From positions 62,001 through 126,000 of the forward strand of contig JAANOX010000142.1 of the NCBI GenBank assembly GCA_020184695.1: a DNA stretch of 64,000 nucleotides, in the 5' to 3' direction. Positions 18,911 through 30,388 of the stretch are shown in pieces. This DNA comes from Histomonas meleagridis 2922-C6/04-290x (taxonomy: Eukaryota; Protista; Parabasalia). The notes below the pieces were generated by a model. It ran no database searches, had not been told where the DNA came from, and saw nothing but the letters and a program-made list of their open reading frames with translations. Made by a program: the position numbers and the translations under genes. Each line of letters starts with the position of its first letter. The first letter of the stretch is position 1.

Positions 18911-21900
18911 TTAAAATTCTGATGAATAAATATCTCCATTATATGTAATGGCAGTAATTGCATTTTTGTATACATAAATTCTTTCTAACTTACCTTTGTA
19001 CGTAAGACATAATGATTTCTTTTCAGGATAAAATGCTTCTGAAGAAAACACGTGACCATTTGTATCAGCCATTAGAAGAAAGTCAATTCCTTTATGTGCG
19101 AAAGTACAAACTTTATCTATTTCGAAGTCAAACTTCACCTTTCTAATTAAGAATCCGTTAATTGTTGTTAATACAATTTCTTTTTGTAAACAAATGACAA
19201 TTATTCCCAAAGCCTTTGTAATTTGTATTGTCAAAGGTATATCATCCAAGTCGATATAATTTATGAACTTTGCCTTGTGAATCGAATAAATTGAAACTCT
19301 ACATCCTGATGTTCCGCAGACGACCGTTGAGTACCTATCAGAAAAAGTTATTGCCGATAAATTGTCGGTCAGCGTTGAAAATTGAGAGTACGGCTCCTCA
19401 AACGAATTATTGAAAAAGATTTTGACTTCACCAGTCTTTGATGCAGAAAGGAAGAAGTTTCCGTCTTCCATTAGAAAGTCAATATTACTAATTGAAGACT
19501 TATATTCTTTTCCTTGTTGTGTCATGTCGTATAACTTTCTATTCTTATCTGATATGACTAACAATCTTTTATTTGAGCAACATAAAACATTTGTACAAGA
19601 TTTAGGTATATAATCAATTTGGAATTTTGTATTTAAATCTTTGTTAAATGTAATTTTAGAGATGTTATTACTTAAGTCCATAAATATGACGAAAACATTT
19701 TGTACATTATGAAAGAAATACGCATCTTTTATAGGTTCTCCGATTCTATATTTCTTCCAATTAAATGTAACATCAGAAGTATCTCTTAGTTGTAAAGAAT
19801 TTGATGTTAATGCCACGTTATTTGAAGTTTTGTTTGTGACAACGAAATTGGTTTCGATCCATTTAATAATGTTTTCATTATTTTCTTCAATTAATTTACG
19901 ATTTGAATATATAAATTCGTAAATTGAACCAAATGAATTGTCAACACTTAAATCTGAAACTTCATTATCATTTAATGACATGAAAGCTTCAGGAAATGAA
20001 TAAAACTCTGGTATCGATTGCGTTTTAATTTCATTTGCGTCGATTTTATTATAAAGTTCATTAATCGAACTTAAAATTGTTTTATTTTGTTTCCGTAATA
20101 AAGAAAATGGTGAAATTCTTCCTAAATAATAATATAAATCTTTTTGATCAATTTGTTTATCATTCTTAGTTAACATTATTTGGTTGTCTTTATTAATCCA
20201 TGGAAACACATAATAATTATTAATATTATTAAAACTTCTTCCTGAAAATTGATTTAATAATAAAATTAATTGGAAATTAGTAAGCTTGCCTTGATTATAT
20301 TTCTTAACAATATGTTGTGATTCAAAGAACTTTAAATAATTTGTATCTTTTTGGAAACATTGAATATTAATAAATTTGAGACTTGTCAAATTTGAAATAG
20401 TTTCGATCATAGCCGAAACCGTTCCGAAATCAATGAGAATTGATCGTCCGTCGATTAAAATGAATTCAATTAAAGTGATATCTTTTGAATTCAAATTTTT
20501 CTTAATGAAAATATATTTAACGTACGCCGGCAGAATTTTGAGAACTTTATTTTTGTAATCCATATTAATTAAATCATTAAATATCATAAAATTACATTCG
20601 ATTTCTTCATTAATTTTAATTAATGTACATTTAACTTTATATGATTTACCTTTGAATTTCTTTTGATTTTGTTTTAATATAATTTTTTGTTTCTTAAAGT
20701 TAACGAAACGTTTAAGTTTAAACAAATTAACATTTGATCTCTTTAAAGAAGTTGAATTAAATTTCCAAAATGTGTTTTGATATGCGAAATATTTTAATAT
20801 TTTTCCCCAATGATTCTTTTGCATAACGTATAAACTATTTTTATATTGTTTTAAAGGTGTTTGAGGATTTGTAATTTTTATCGTCTTCACTTCATTTTTA
20901 ATAATATAATTTTCTAATTCGATTGATACTAAAGAAAGTTTATTTTCTACGTCTTCAATCATTGGATTAATAATTTCTTTTATGCCATAACTCTTTAATT
21001 TCAATGAAAATATGTCGGGATATTTAGTTTCGCCTATTGAATATTTTACACATTCTAATATGAAATCATTAAATTGTTGACTATTTTGTAATGTAGGTAA
21101 TAAAGAACGCATTAATGTTAACAAAGTATTTTCGTTTTGACTAATTACTTCAGGCCGAGATAATTGAAAGGTATACTTTATCGTCTTACTTTTTTGTATG
21201 ACATTCAAAATATTGCCCAGTGAAAAAGTTGTTGAAATTTCTTCTTCTTTTTCATAAGGAAAAGGTGAATTAATAAATAATTCTTTTAAAGCCTTTGAAT
21301 GATGATAAGGCTTTAAGAACATAGCTCTAAAACATAACAATAACAAAGCGTTATTAAATTTATATTTTCTAATTAATAATTGTTCGATGATAATTTTAAT
21401 GAATAAAATATTTAAATCAGAATAATTAAACATTTCTAATATAGTCATAGCTTTATCGATCATTTTAATACCTATTTCAACTTTTGATTCTAATTCTAAT
21501 ATTTGTATAATTAATTGTGACAAGAAATAATAAATATTCTTTTGATTCTTTTCATTAGTTTGGCCTGCAAATAATAAAGGACATAACATCCATAATTCAT
21601 TCTTAATTAATTCGGGTATAACTTCTTTATTTTTACATAACTTTAATAATGTATTTGATAATTGATCTTGTACAGATTCATCTGATTTACTAAACAAGAT
21701 TAAACTTAAAGAGATTAAACCTGGAAAACTTTTATGTTGTTCAAAGAACTTACTTAAATTATAAGAATCTTGATGATACATTAAAAACAAAACATATTGT
21801 TCAAAATATTTCGTGTCTTTAAAACATGGTAATATTAAATGTGTATAATTTTGATTAATAGCATAATAACATGAAAATAAGATTTGAATCGTTTGATCAT

Positions 21901-24900
21901 TTGGTGGACAAATTTGGAATAAATATGGAAATATTGAAATGATCTTAAATACAAATTGTTCATTATTACATCCGTCAAGTTGTTGAATGATAATTTGTAA
22001 TTCTTCTTGTGTTAATAACTTTTGTGCTCGTGATGTAATAATTTCAATGAATTCACTTGTCAATATTTCATTATCCATAAAATAGATACAAAACTCTGGA
22101 AATATAATTGGGAAGAATTTAGGTGATAATGTATAACTTGTACAATTCTCAAAGACAATGTTCTTATAATGTTTAAAGATTCGATTAATGTTTGGTGATT
22201 TATACCAAAGTTCGAAATTAACAATTAAATTATTTAAGACATCGAACATTTCATTTTCTGATTTAGTTAATTCTAATAATGAATAAAACTTTAAATATAT
22301 ATTATACGTAAAACATTTCGGATCATTTTGTTTTAAGAAAAATGGAAACAAATAAATATATTTAAAGATTCGATCTCCAAATATAATAACAAATGAATCA
22401 ATTATCATTTCGATTTGACTTTGATTACATATATCAAAGAAGAACAAAATAGGTAAATAATAATTAACAGAATAATTATTCTTAAATAATTCATAAATGT
22501 TTGGTATTATATAATTTGAATTTGTTAAATCTTTCTTATATAATAATACTGTTAAATCATTAGGAATAATAAAATTAAAACCACTTTGATATATAGAATC
22601 CATTTGAAGCTTTTCAAGCTCTGATAAGATTATAGCTATAGATCGTAATTGGAATGAAGATCGTGATATAATTTCAGGATAATCTTCATTATTTTCTTTA
22701 CCAATTACAATTTTACAATTCGTATTCATATTATAATTTATAATTATTTCACTTCGTCGAATTAAATCAGAGTTAATTCGTGATGCTATAAATAATCGAC
22801 CATTTTCTGATTTTAATGTAAATGTTATCATAGTAAATGTTCCTAAACTAATGTTTTCATTTAAAATGAAATCTTCAAAATGTGTAGAATCTGCATAAAG
22901 TCTTAAGAAGAATGAAGAACGTTGAATATAAGCTTCAATTAAATCATTCGAATTCGATTTAATTGTAAATATTATTAATCGTGTATTAATTTGTCGTGAG
23001 AAATATTGATCAATATATATCCAAAAACATGAAGAAAATCCGGATAATAATTTTTGGAATTGAATATTAGTTTCAGTATCGATACTTTGACTCATTAATA
23101 ATGAGAAATAAATCATTTTATTATTATTATAAGATGCAAAATTTGCTAATAAATTACTTAATAATTCAAATGATAAATCATTAAATTTATAATTCGATTT
23201 ATTCTTTATTGTATTTTCATCAAATTCAAATTGTGATTTATCAATTAAATGTGGACAAATGATTTCCATAATTTTATTTGCAACTATAAAAGAACTTTGT
23301 ATTGTTGATATTTTAATGAATAAAGGATATATTAATTTATGTATTATATTCTTTTGATTTATATTATTAAATGGAAGTTTATGAAACACAAAATTATTCG
23401 GAAAATTATTCAAAAATTCTAATAATAATAAATCAATATTCCCATAATGTAAATTAATGATATTACTTAATGAGAAACAACATAAATTAAATAAACAATT
23501 TAATATTTTCTCAAGTTTATTATGTGATGAATAAACAGCTATAACAAACTCAATGATATTTGGATTTTGTATTAAAAATGATGACTTAAAATTAACAGAT
23601 GTACTTTTAGCTATTAAATCAATTAAATTTGTTTGAATTGTTTTATTTAATTTTACTTCATTTAATATTTCAATTAATTTAATTAAATATGAACTTTCTA
23701 ATTTAAAATGAAACAAAAAGATATAAATATTAACACCGAATTTTAATAAATTCGTAATTAATTCTAAATTAATAATATTTAATGGTAATACATTAATAAT
23801 CGTTTTAAACACTTTAGAACAACATAATGTTAAACGTGGATCTAATAAAACACAATCATTTAAACATTTTATAATTCCAATATAAACTAAATTAGAATTA
23901 TCTTTTGTAGATATTGTTCGAACTGTTGATTCAATGAAATCAATTGCTGGATTCGATTCATAAGAATTCGAATTTATTAATATTTCTTTTAATTGTGATA
24001 ATATACTATTACGAAATTGTTTTTCGAAAAATGCCGATAAAAACGAAATAGTAAAAAATGGTAATTGAAATGTATTTAATGTGAATGATTTATATTGTAA
24101 AAATGTTAATACTAAGTTAAAGATTTTCGATCTTGCACTTAAAGCATTCGATTTATATTCATTATTAATTATTTTATATAAGTTTCGACATTTAAAATCA
24201 ACTTCCATTAATATACAAAATATTTCTTCGTTTTGAAATATAGTAATATCAGGAACTAAACTAATTGATTTTTGTATTCTAAAAAGTATTTCACAAAACA
24301 AAAATGGATTATTTGCAAATTTCTCAAAAACTATTAATATTTGTTTCGAACATAATTTACATATTATATCAATAATTTCTTTTCTTAAAAAGTTCAAATT
24401 ATTTGATAATTTTGTATTAAAGATGGTTAAATTAGGATCAAAAATGTTTTTGTTAAGTAAAGTATTTATATCATTTTTAGTTAAACTTAAATCGCCTAAA
24501 TTTAAATCTACAAAATATAAATAAATAACAAATAATGAAATAGAAAAATCATTATCAATCAGTTTGTCAAACTCTTCATAAAATGATTGTATATATTCTT
24601 TCCGTGTATTATTAAACGCTAAAAGTAATATATGTATCGAATTCTTAACTTCATCGCCGATGAAATCAATAAGTTGTAAATTGTTTTCGGGGATATCACA
24701 ATATGCAATTTCATCTTCATAACTAAATACATCAATGCAACATGTCGTATCTTTTTCTTTAAATTCCGAATATGGGAAATTAATCGGTTTTTCGATTTCG
24801 ATTGGCTTGTCATTATTAAACTTACTGATGACTAATGGTAATTTGCCATAAATAAACTCAATATTCGAACTATATTTCACTTTTGATATCGATGCTATCG

Positions 24901-25588
24901 TTGCAAAGATATCATACTCTAAATTAAACATTCTGCTGGTTAATATGGGCATTAATAACTCTTCGTTACACGTAGTATCAAAGATTTCTTGGATGAACGA
25001 AAAGAAATCATGCGAATATTCAATTTTGTTAATGGAAAAAATACAAAATAAGACATCAACTACAAATTGATAGACAGTAGAATCCTTTTGGTGGTTCTTA
25101 TGGAGGTATTTGTAGATTGATGAAAAAAATAATTCATTTAATGAAAGTGGTGATTTGGTTATAACCAAATGTGAGATGGTAAAAAAGAAGTAATCGACTT
25201 TGTCTGCATTGGAATTGGTATATATCTTAGAAAGTGCTGAAAATAAAATATCAATTTCATTCGAAAAATCACATTTAAAATTATGCGAATAAAATGCAAT
25301 GGCATTCTCATATACAAACATGTTAGCTTTCTGTTGGTTTTCGATTTTGGAATCAAGGAAATTTTTCAATATTTTGGGATAAAATATAAAATAAGGTGAA
25401 ACAAAGGTAAGGATTTCTGGTATTTGTGCTTTTGGGTTGTTTTGAAGTTTATTTGAAATGTCGTTGATATCTTCTTTCTTGATCACAGGATATTCAATTG
25501 AAGAAACGATTTTATCAAACTCCGTGCTTGTTTGGAAGAACATTTGCTTGCTTGTAAATTCATCAAGTGTACTAATCAATTGACTCAT
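18911..25588 (-). CDS. BEACH-domain protein (armadillo-like, ConA-like, PH, BEACH, WD40), divergent
   Basis: 2225-aa ORF with LTNFQLILLLNQFSGRSFNNINNYYVFPWI, IPEFYSFPEAF and a C-terminal WD40 region. Confidence 0.85.
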   Translation of the reverse strand: MSQLISTLDEFTSKQMFFQTSTEFDKIVSSIEYPVIKKEDINDISNKLQNNPKAQIPEILTFVSPYFIFYPKILKNFLDSKIENQQKANMFVYENAIAFYSHNFKCDFSNEIDILFSALSKIYTNSNADKVDYFFFTISHLVITKSPLSLNELFFSSIYKYLHKNHQKDSTVYQFVVDVLFCIFSINKIEYSHDFFSFIQEIFDTTCNEELLMPILTSRMFNLEYDIFATIASISKVKYSSNIEFIYGKLPLVISKFNNDKPIEIEKPINFPYSEFKEKDTTCCIDVFSYEDEIAYCDIPENNLQLIDFIGDEVKNSIHILLLAFNNTRKEYIQSFYEEFDKLIDNDFSISLFVIYLYFVDLNLGDLSLTKNDINTLLNKNIFDPNLTIFNTKLSNNLNFLRKEIIDIICKLCSKQILIVFEKFANNPFLFCEILFRIQKSISLVPDITIFQNEEIFCILMEVDFKCRNLYKIINNEYKSNALSARSKIFNLVLTFLQYKSFTLNTFQLPFFTISFLSAFFEKQFRNSILSQLKEILINSNSYESNPAIDFIESTVRTISTKDNSNLVYIGIIKCLNDCVLLDPRLTLCCSKVFKTIINVLPLNIINLELITNLLKFGVNIYIFLFHFKLESSYLIKLIEILNEVKLNKTIQTNLIDLIAKSTSVNFKSSFLIQNPNIIEFVIAVYSSHNKLEKILNCLFNLCCFSLSNIINLHYGNIDLLLLEFLNNFPNNFVFHKLPFNNINQKNIIHKLIYPLFIKISTIQSSFIVANKIMEIICPHLIDKSQFEFDENTIKNKSNYKFNDLSFELLSNLLANFASYNNNKMIYFSLLMSQSIDTETNIQFQKLLSGFSSCFWIYIDQYFSRQINTRLIIFTIKSNSNDLIEAYIQRSSFFLRLYADSTHFEDFILNENISLGTFTMITFTLKSENGRLFIASRINSDLIRRSEIIINYNMNTNCKIVIGKENNEDYPEIISRSSFQLRSIAIILSELEKLQMDSIYQSGFNFIIPNDLTVLLYKKDLTNSNYIIPNIYELFKNNYSVNYYLPILFFFDICNQSQIEMIIDSFVIIFGDRIFKYIYLFPFFLKQNDPKCFTYNIYLKFYSLLELTKSENEMFDVLNNLIVNFELWYKSPNINRIFKHYKNIVFENCTSYTLSPKFFPIIFPEFCIYFMDNEILTSEFIEIITSRAQKLLTQEELQIIIQQLDGCNNEQFVFKIISIFPYLFQICPPNDQTIQILFSCYYAINQNYTHLILPCFKDTKYFEQYVLFLMYHQDSYNLSKFFEQHKSFPGLISLSLILFSKSDESVQDQLSNTLLKLCKNKEVIPELIKNELWMLCPLLFAGQTNEKNQKNIYYFLSQLIIQILELESKVEIGIKMIDKAMTILEMFNYSDLNILFIKIIIEQLLIRKYKFNNALLLLCFRAMFLKPYHHSKALKELFINSPFPYEKEEEISTTFSLGNILNVIQKSKTIKYTFQLSRPEVISQNENTLLTLMRSLLPTLQNSQQFNDFILECVKYSIGETKYPDIFSLKLKSYGIKEIINPMIEDVENKLSLVSIELENYIIKNEVKTIKITNPQTPLKQYKNSLYVMQKNHWGKILKYFAYQNTFWKFNSTSLKRSNVNLFKLKRFVNFKKQKIILKQNQKKFKGKSYKVKCTLIKINEEIECNFMIFNDLINMDYKNKVLKILPAYVKYIFIKKNLNSKDITLIEFILIDGRSILIDFGTVSAMIETISNLTSLKFINIQCFQKDTNYLKFFESQHIVKKYNQGKLTNFQLILLLNQFSGRSFNNINNYYVFPWINKDNQIMLTKNDKQIDQKDLYYYLGRISPFSLLRKQNKTILSSINELYNKIDANEIKTQSIPEFYSFPEAFMSLNDNEVSDLSVDNSFGSIYEFIYSNRKLIEENNENIIKWIETNFVVTNKTSNNVALTSNSLQLRDTSDVTFNWKKYRIGEPIKDAYFFHNVQNVFVIFMDLSNNISKITFNKDLNTKFQIDYIPKSCTNVLCCSNKRLLVISDKNRKLYDMTQQGKEYKSSISNIDFLMEDGNFFLSASKTGEVKIFFNNSFEEPYSQFSTLTDNLSAITFSDRYSTVVCGTSGCRVSIYSIHKAKFINYIDLDDIPLTIQITKALGIIVICLQKEIVLTTINGFLIRKVKFDFEIDKVCTFAHKGIDFLLMADTNGHVFSSEAFYPEKKSLCLTYKGKLERIYVYKNAITAITYNGDIYSSEF

Positions 25589-25755
25589 TTTAAGTTTGGA
25601 AGAAGTTGATGCCGATTATTTCTGTTGGTTAACCGAAATTTGACAGCAGATTTGATGAGTTGGTAAATAAAGTTTTTAAAAAGTCCGATTTGTATCATCT
25701 GAACACAAAGCCATTATCGAAAAAAAAAGCATTTTTTTATATATTTTTATTGAGT

Positions 25756-26705
25756 TCATCTAAAACTCCTTGAAATGTAGTTAGTGAGTGAATCCAATTT
25801 ATCATTAAGTAAACTAACGATTTCATCATGACCATTTTCTTCTGCAATTGATAATGCTGATTTAAATTGTTGGAATAAATTCCAAGCATTATATAGAAAT
25901 TTCATAAAAATTAAAATAACTTCAAATCAAAAAATTAATCATCTTCAACAGTTAGATCAATGCCTTCTTGCTCAATAAGTAACCTAACAGTATCAACATG
26001 TCCACTATAGGATGCCCACATCAGAGCAGTTTGAAAAAAATTAAGCAAATTCCAAATTCAATAAATAAACATAAAATCATTAAAATAAATAATAAATAAA
26101 ATGAACAAATATCAACTGCATTAATGTCAATTAATTTCTGTTGAAGTAAGATTTGTATAACATCGTTGTGTCCAAAGATACAAGCATACATTAAAGGTGT
26201 TTTAAATATGATAAACAAATTCCAAATGATAAATGAATACACCAAATCATTGAAAAAAACTAAGTCATGAAAATCAACTTCGACTGTATCCATCTTAAGG
26301 AGTAATTTGAGGACTTCAGCTTGACCACCCTTACATGCATATGTAATTGCTGTCCATAATAATTTTAATAAACACCATAATTTGGAATGAAACTAAAAGC
26401 TTTTGAAATAAACAACTTAAATGATAAATGAATATTCTTTGCATTTACATCGATGCTTTCTTGTTCGAGAAGGATTTTTACGACTTCGATATGTCCTTTT
26501 TCGGAAGCAAGCATAAGGGCAGTCTGAAAAAAATCGAAAAAACGCCAAATGATATAATGAAACATTAAATTTTCAAAATAAATTTTGAATTAATAAAATA
26601 AATATCCTTTGAATTGATATCATACTTAAGGAGTGACTTAAGGACTAGGACATTGTTATTTATTGCTGCCCATCTAATTCCTTCACCAGGTTCATCTGAG
26701 TTCAT
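25756..26705 (-). CDS. Ankyrin-repeat protein, 208 aa after removal of 19 spacers of 17 nt
   Basis: ATG at 26705, TGA at 25756; 950 - 19x17 = 627 nt = 209 codons with no internal stop. Loops read SKDKNGQTAL, AKNVLGWTAI, FHDLGGKTPL, AVDIYGQTAL and VEDEEGKSAL. TCATT Inr-like motif just upstream. Confidence 0.88.
25864..26603 (-). other. 19 non-canonical 17-nt spacers separating single codons
   Basis: Plus-strand coordinates: 26587-603, 26567-83, 26547-63, 26527-43; 26417-33, 26397-413, 26377-93, 26357-73; 26244-60, 26224-40, 26204-20; 26094-110, 26074-90, 26054-70, 26034-50; 25924-40, 25904-20, 25884-900, 25864-80. Confidence 0.92.
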
Positions 26706-27486
26706 TGTCCTTTAAAAAATGAGATGATGAATTTGTCAAAATATATATATATTCAGATTGAATGTTATCTTTTATTGAATGACATTGTTATTATATATTT
26801 TGACAAAAATGTAAAAAGTAACAAAAATTGTCAAAATTATAGTGGCAAATTATAGAAAACGGTTCTTATTGAATTAAGCGTGACGCAAAAAGTCGTATAA
26901 TCTGCCGATCAAATCCCAATCTGAAAACGTGTCATTGGCCCAAAATAACTTAAATTAAAAGAGAGACTTATTCAAACTATTCATCGGTGTGATAGAGAAT
27001 TTTTCAAGCAGGAAATGTTCATTTTTTTTAAACCTAAAATAACTAATCCAATCACAAAGAGGATCAATAGCAGCACTACAAATAATGGCAACAACACATG
27101 TTAAAGTAATAGTGTTTGTGATTGACATCACTTGGAATAGATTTTACAATTATGGATTATGTGTTATGAATGTATATGATTTCCGAAGTAATACTTTAAT
27201 GTGAATGTTAGTTTTGGATTACAAAATTATTTTATTGTACTTGCAATGTACTAAATCACTCCCAGCATATATGTGAAATTTGTTGTAAACGAATATATTG
27301 AGAAATGTATAAAAAAATATTTTCTATTCTCTTATGTACTTATTGTACAATATTTTCAATCAAATAAATATATTATTGTGTTGCCAAGTTTTTTCTTTTT
27401 ATCATATTTTCCATGCTAAGTAATATGAATAAGAATAATTCCTTCCAATAGTTATTTTTTATTAATGGCCCAAAGTGAATTTTTAA

Positions 27487-29071
27487 TTACAACTCATCCA
27501 TTTCCAATAGACTTGTCACCAATTTCTTACCATTTACGAATTTATCCACGTAATTATCGAACTCATCTGGGTTTATATAATCAGACTTCATGCAGCTGTA
27601 CAGATTCCACGCGTTATTTGCATTTCTCATCAGCACAGCCATTATTAAAATCGATTTTCCTCCAGGCGGCACGCAATTCAACAATTCATATCCATCTTTC
27701 ACGTCCAAAACTCTTATCGATAATCCAGAAGCGTCGTCGAACTTGATCACGTAATCGATATTTATATTTGTTTGCAAATAAATCGGAATTATTTCTGATT
27801 CATATTTTAATTTTTCCAAATCAATGGAAATTATTTGTTGAAAATCTCCGAACGTATTCGAAAAGACAATTGATTCATTATCATTTTTCATATTTTCATT
27901 ACAAATGTTATCGATTTCAACAAATTTCTTGTCTTTCTGTTGATATACTTTGCAACGTAAAGAAGGAGAACAATATCCAACGCGCTGAACAATAAAATCA
28001 ATTTTTTTGGGGATTTCCACTCGATGTATTTGACATGCTTTGATTAAACTCATTGGAGAATTGGGCAACATTTCTATTCGTAATGAATACCTTTTATTCG
28101 ATGAATAATATGAACAAACTTGATGAAGAAGTTCGTCAATAGTTTGATATGGTTGAAATTGAAGTTCTTCGAATTTGTTTATGTTACTATTTTTGAAATA
28201 ATGTATAGAAAGTGGGGAAACTTGGTGTTGATTCGCATTCGCTCGAATTGTACATGTTCGTATGAGTTTGTACTGATCAGAATTCTTAAGTTTCTTTGTC
28301 TTATTGCGTTGTTTACGCTCGATTGGTGCGCAGAGAAAATTAAGTGTAACTTCACCAGAATAATTTTTTGTTGTTGCAACAAAAAATAATATAAATTCGT
28401 CAGTGAAAATATGTGAACCGAATTTGTTGATGTTGAAGCGAAATACATCTGTGAATCCAGAGGGTCCAATGTGAGGATTTTGCATGGATTTAGACGACTT
28501 ATAAAAGCTATAGCCATTTATTACCGGATAACATGAAAGAGTACTTGAAAATTCTATAATATATGCATCGAGGAAAATCGAAGAATTGCTTGAATCAGTT
28601 GGTGAGTATGTAATATACGTATAAATGTTTTTGTAGCTCTTGTAATTTGGATCAGTAGGAAAGTTTGTGGATGGTAAGTGTTGGTGGTCCTTTAGTTGTT
28701 TGTGATGTCTCTACTGGTAAAGTAAGAACTTTATTACAGCATTCAGGTGTAAGCTTAATCTTGGCATTATCAAGATAATCATCTGATTTGAAAGCATCAT
28801 GATCATAAAGTTTGAACTCCAAACAACTGGATAAAACAAAAGGTATTCGAAAAGGTTTGGAAAATTTTGAATCCCAAACTGGATCTAAGGTCTTGTTTTG
28901 AACTTTAGTTTTTTTGAAAAATATTTTGTCGTCGCGGGGTGATAACGGAATTTCGTCAGACCATATCTCTACGTATGGATCAGAGTACCCATTTGAATCA
29001 GCGCTTGGAAGGTTACATGCTGAAGAAACATAAACTTCAAGCATCAAACAATACAAAAAAATTAACTTCAA
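27487..29071 (-). pseudogene. C2-domain + TerD-like-domain protein split by one frameshift (or a sequencing error)
   Basis: C2 motifs (ACNLPSADSNGYSDPYV, KTLDPVWD, LYDHDAFKSDDYL). A one-base shift near 28668-28672 joins an open frame running into 27487-28485, which ends in TerD-like IRVLD...AVLMRNANNAWNLYS. Confidence 0.65.
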
Positions 29072-29512
29072 AATTTGAAAGATTTATGATACTTTTGACT
29101 AACAAGTGGCAAAATGAATATTTCAATTGGATTCACACAATTATGTAACCCAAAATTTGTAACAAATTGAATATACCGAATACAAAATTGTTAAATGATT
29201 ACAAATGGATAGAAGATAAGGTTGTGCTTCCATGGAAGAAAAATAGTCAGCAGAAACGAATAGCGACGCATGCAAACTACTACTTCACTGTGAGATTAAG
29301 TTTAGTGATCTTTTAACAAATTTATGAACTGATCTTGAGAATACTCATATGTTGGCTGGCTAGTTATAACTAAAAAACAAAATTGTAATTGCTTAAATAT
29401 CGTTTCGATAGGAGATAGTAATATTCATTGAATATGATTTTGAACTTCAATTATCAAAACATTTCATTAAATATTAAAAAAATCGAAAATCATATTTTTA
29501 TTATAAGAAATA

Positions 29513-29863
29513 TTATTGCAAAAATGAAATTGATACAATCGGATGATTAGCCTTTGTCGGCGGATTTATTTTAACCAAATTTGGTAACTCATATTTCATT
29601 TTTCCAGCATCATTTGGTTTTGTTTCCTTTTTTACATCCTCAAATAATAACGAAAATCTTTTTGGTATTTTAGGTGAAGACTTGCTTCTACTCATTCCTT
29701 CATTTAGTGTGGATACATTAGGCTTTGGTGGGATAAAGACACATGAATGTGACTCCCTTTGAATTTGCTCCAAATACTTAAAATCGTCAATAGATAATGA
29801 GGTTGGACAAAATTGTGCTAGTCGGCGTGCTACGAGGAGGGAGTCGAGAACTTTTTGCTCCAT
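29513..29863 (-). CDS. Hypothetical protein
   Basis: ATG-started 116-aa ORF; no recognised domain. Confidence 0.45.
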   Translation of the reverse strand: MEQKVLDSLLVARRLAQFCPTSLSIDDFKYLEQIQRESHSCVFIPPKPNVSTLNEGMSRSKSSPKIPKRFSLLFEDVKKETKPNDAGKMKYELPNLVKINPPTKANHPIVSISFLQ

Positions 29864-30388
29864 CAGTGTTGGAGTGAAGTAACATTTGAGTGTGATCGTT
29901 GCTCAGAAATTTCAATTCGGAGAAGTTATTTTTGTGTGCAAAATTTTAGTCACTTTTTTAACAAACCTGCTCGACCAATAAATAAAATTTTATTTCTTCT
30001 CCTTTCAAATCTTTGTTTTAAGCAAAAATTATCAATATTATAAGATATTAGGAAATAAAAATATATGAATTTGTGAGTGTAATATGAAGCATTAAGTTTT
30101 ATAAATTTGCATGTCACGAAATCTTTTAAACAATTTATAACTCTGAAATCATGAAATTCTTGATTAAGTATGTAGAAACATTTAACGAAGAATAATATTT
30201 ATGGGAAAATAATGAAGGAATAATATAAAATATTTGTGTCCTTCATCTTCATGTGATTTAATAAGCATTTTAATTTTGAAAGAAAGAAACAATGTATGTA
30301 GTGATGGAATATCAGTTACGCAGTTGTTCGTTATGTTTTCATTAGATAGAATATTTATCAAAAAGTGACAGTTCAATTTTATGAACTG

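Noticed and set aside
26524-26543. Reading the ankyrin interruptions as ordinary GT-AG introns (e.g. GTTTTTTCGATTTTTTTCAG, or ...TTTTATACAG as a 3' splice site)
   Set aside because: Most spacers start with AT and end in TT, and there is no ACTAAC. The AG belongs to the Gln or Thr-Ala codons, is absent in repeats with TCA GTA or ACA CCT, and using it deletes consensus loop residues.
25864-26603. Sequencing or assembly artefact, or a CRISPR-like array
   Set aside because: Exact 17-nt length across divergent sequences, four genes and both strands, always at the same protein position, is not an error mode. There are no constant direct repeats with unique spacers and no cas genes.
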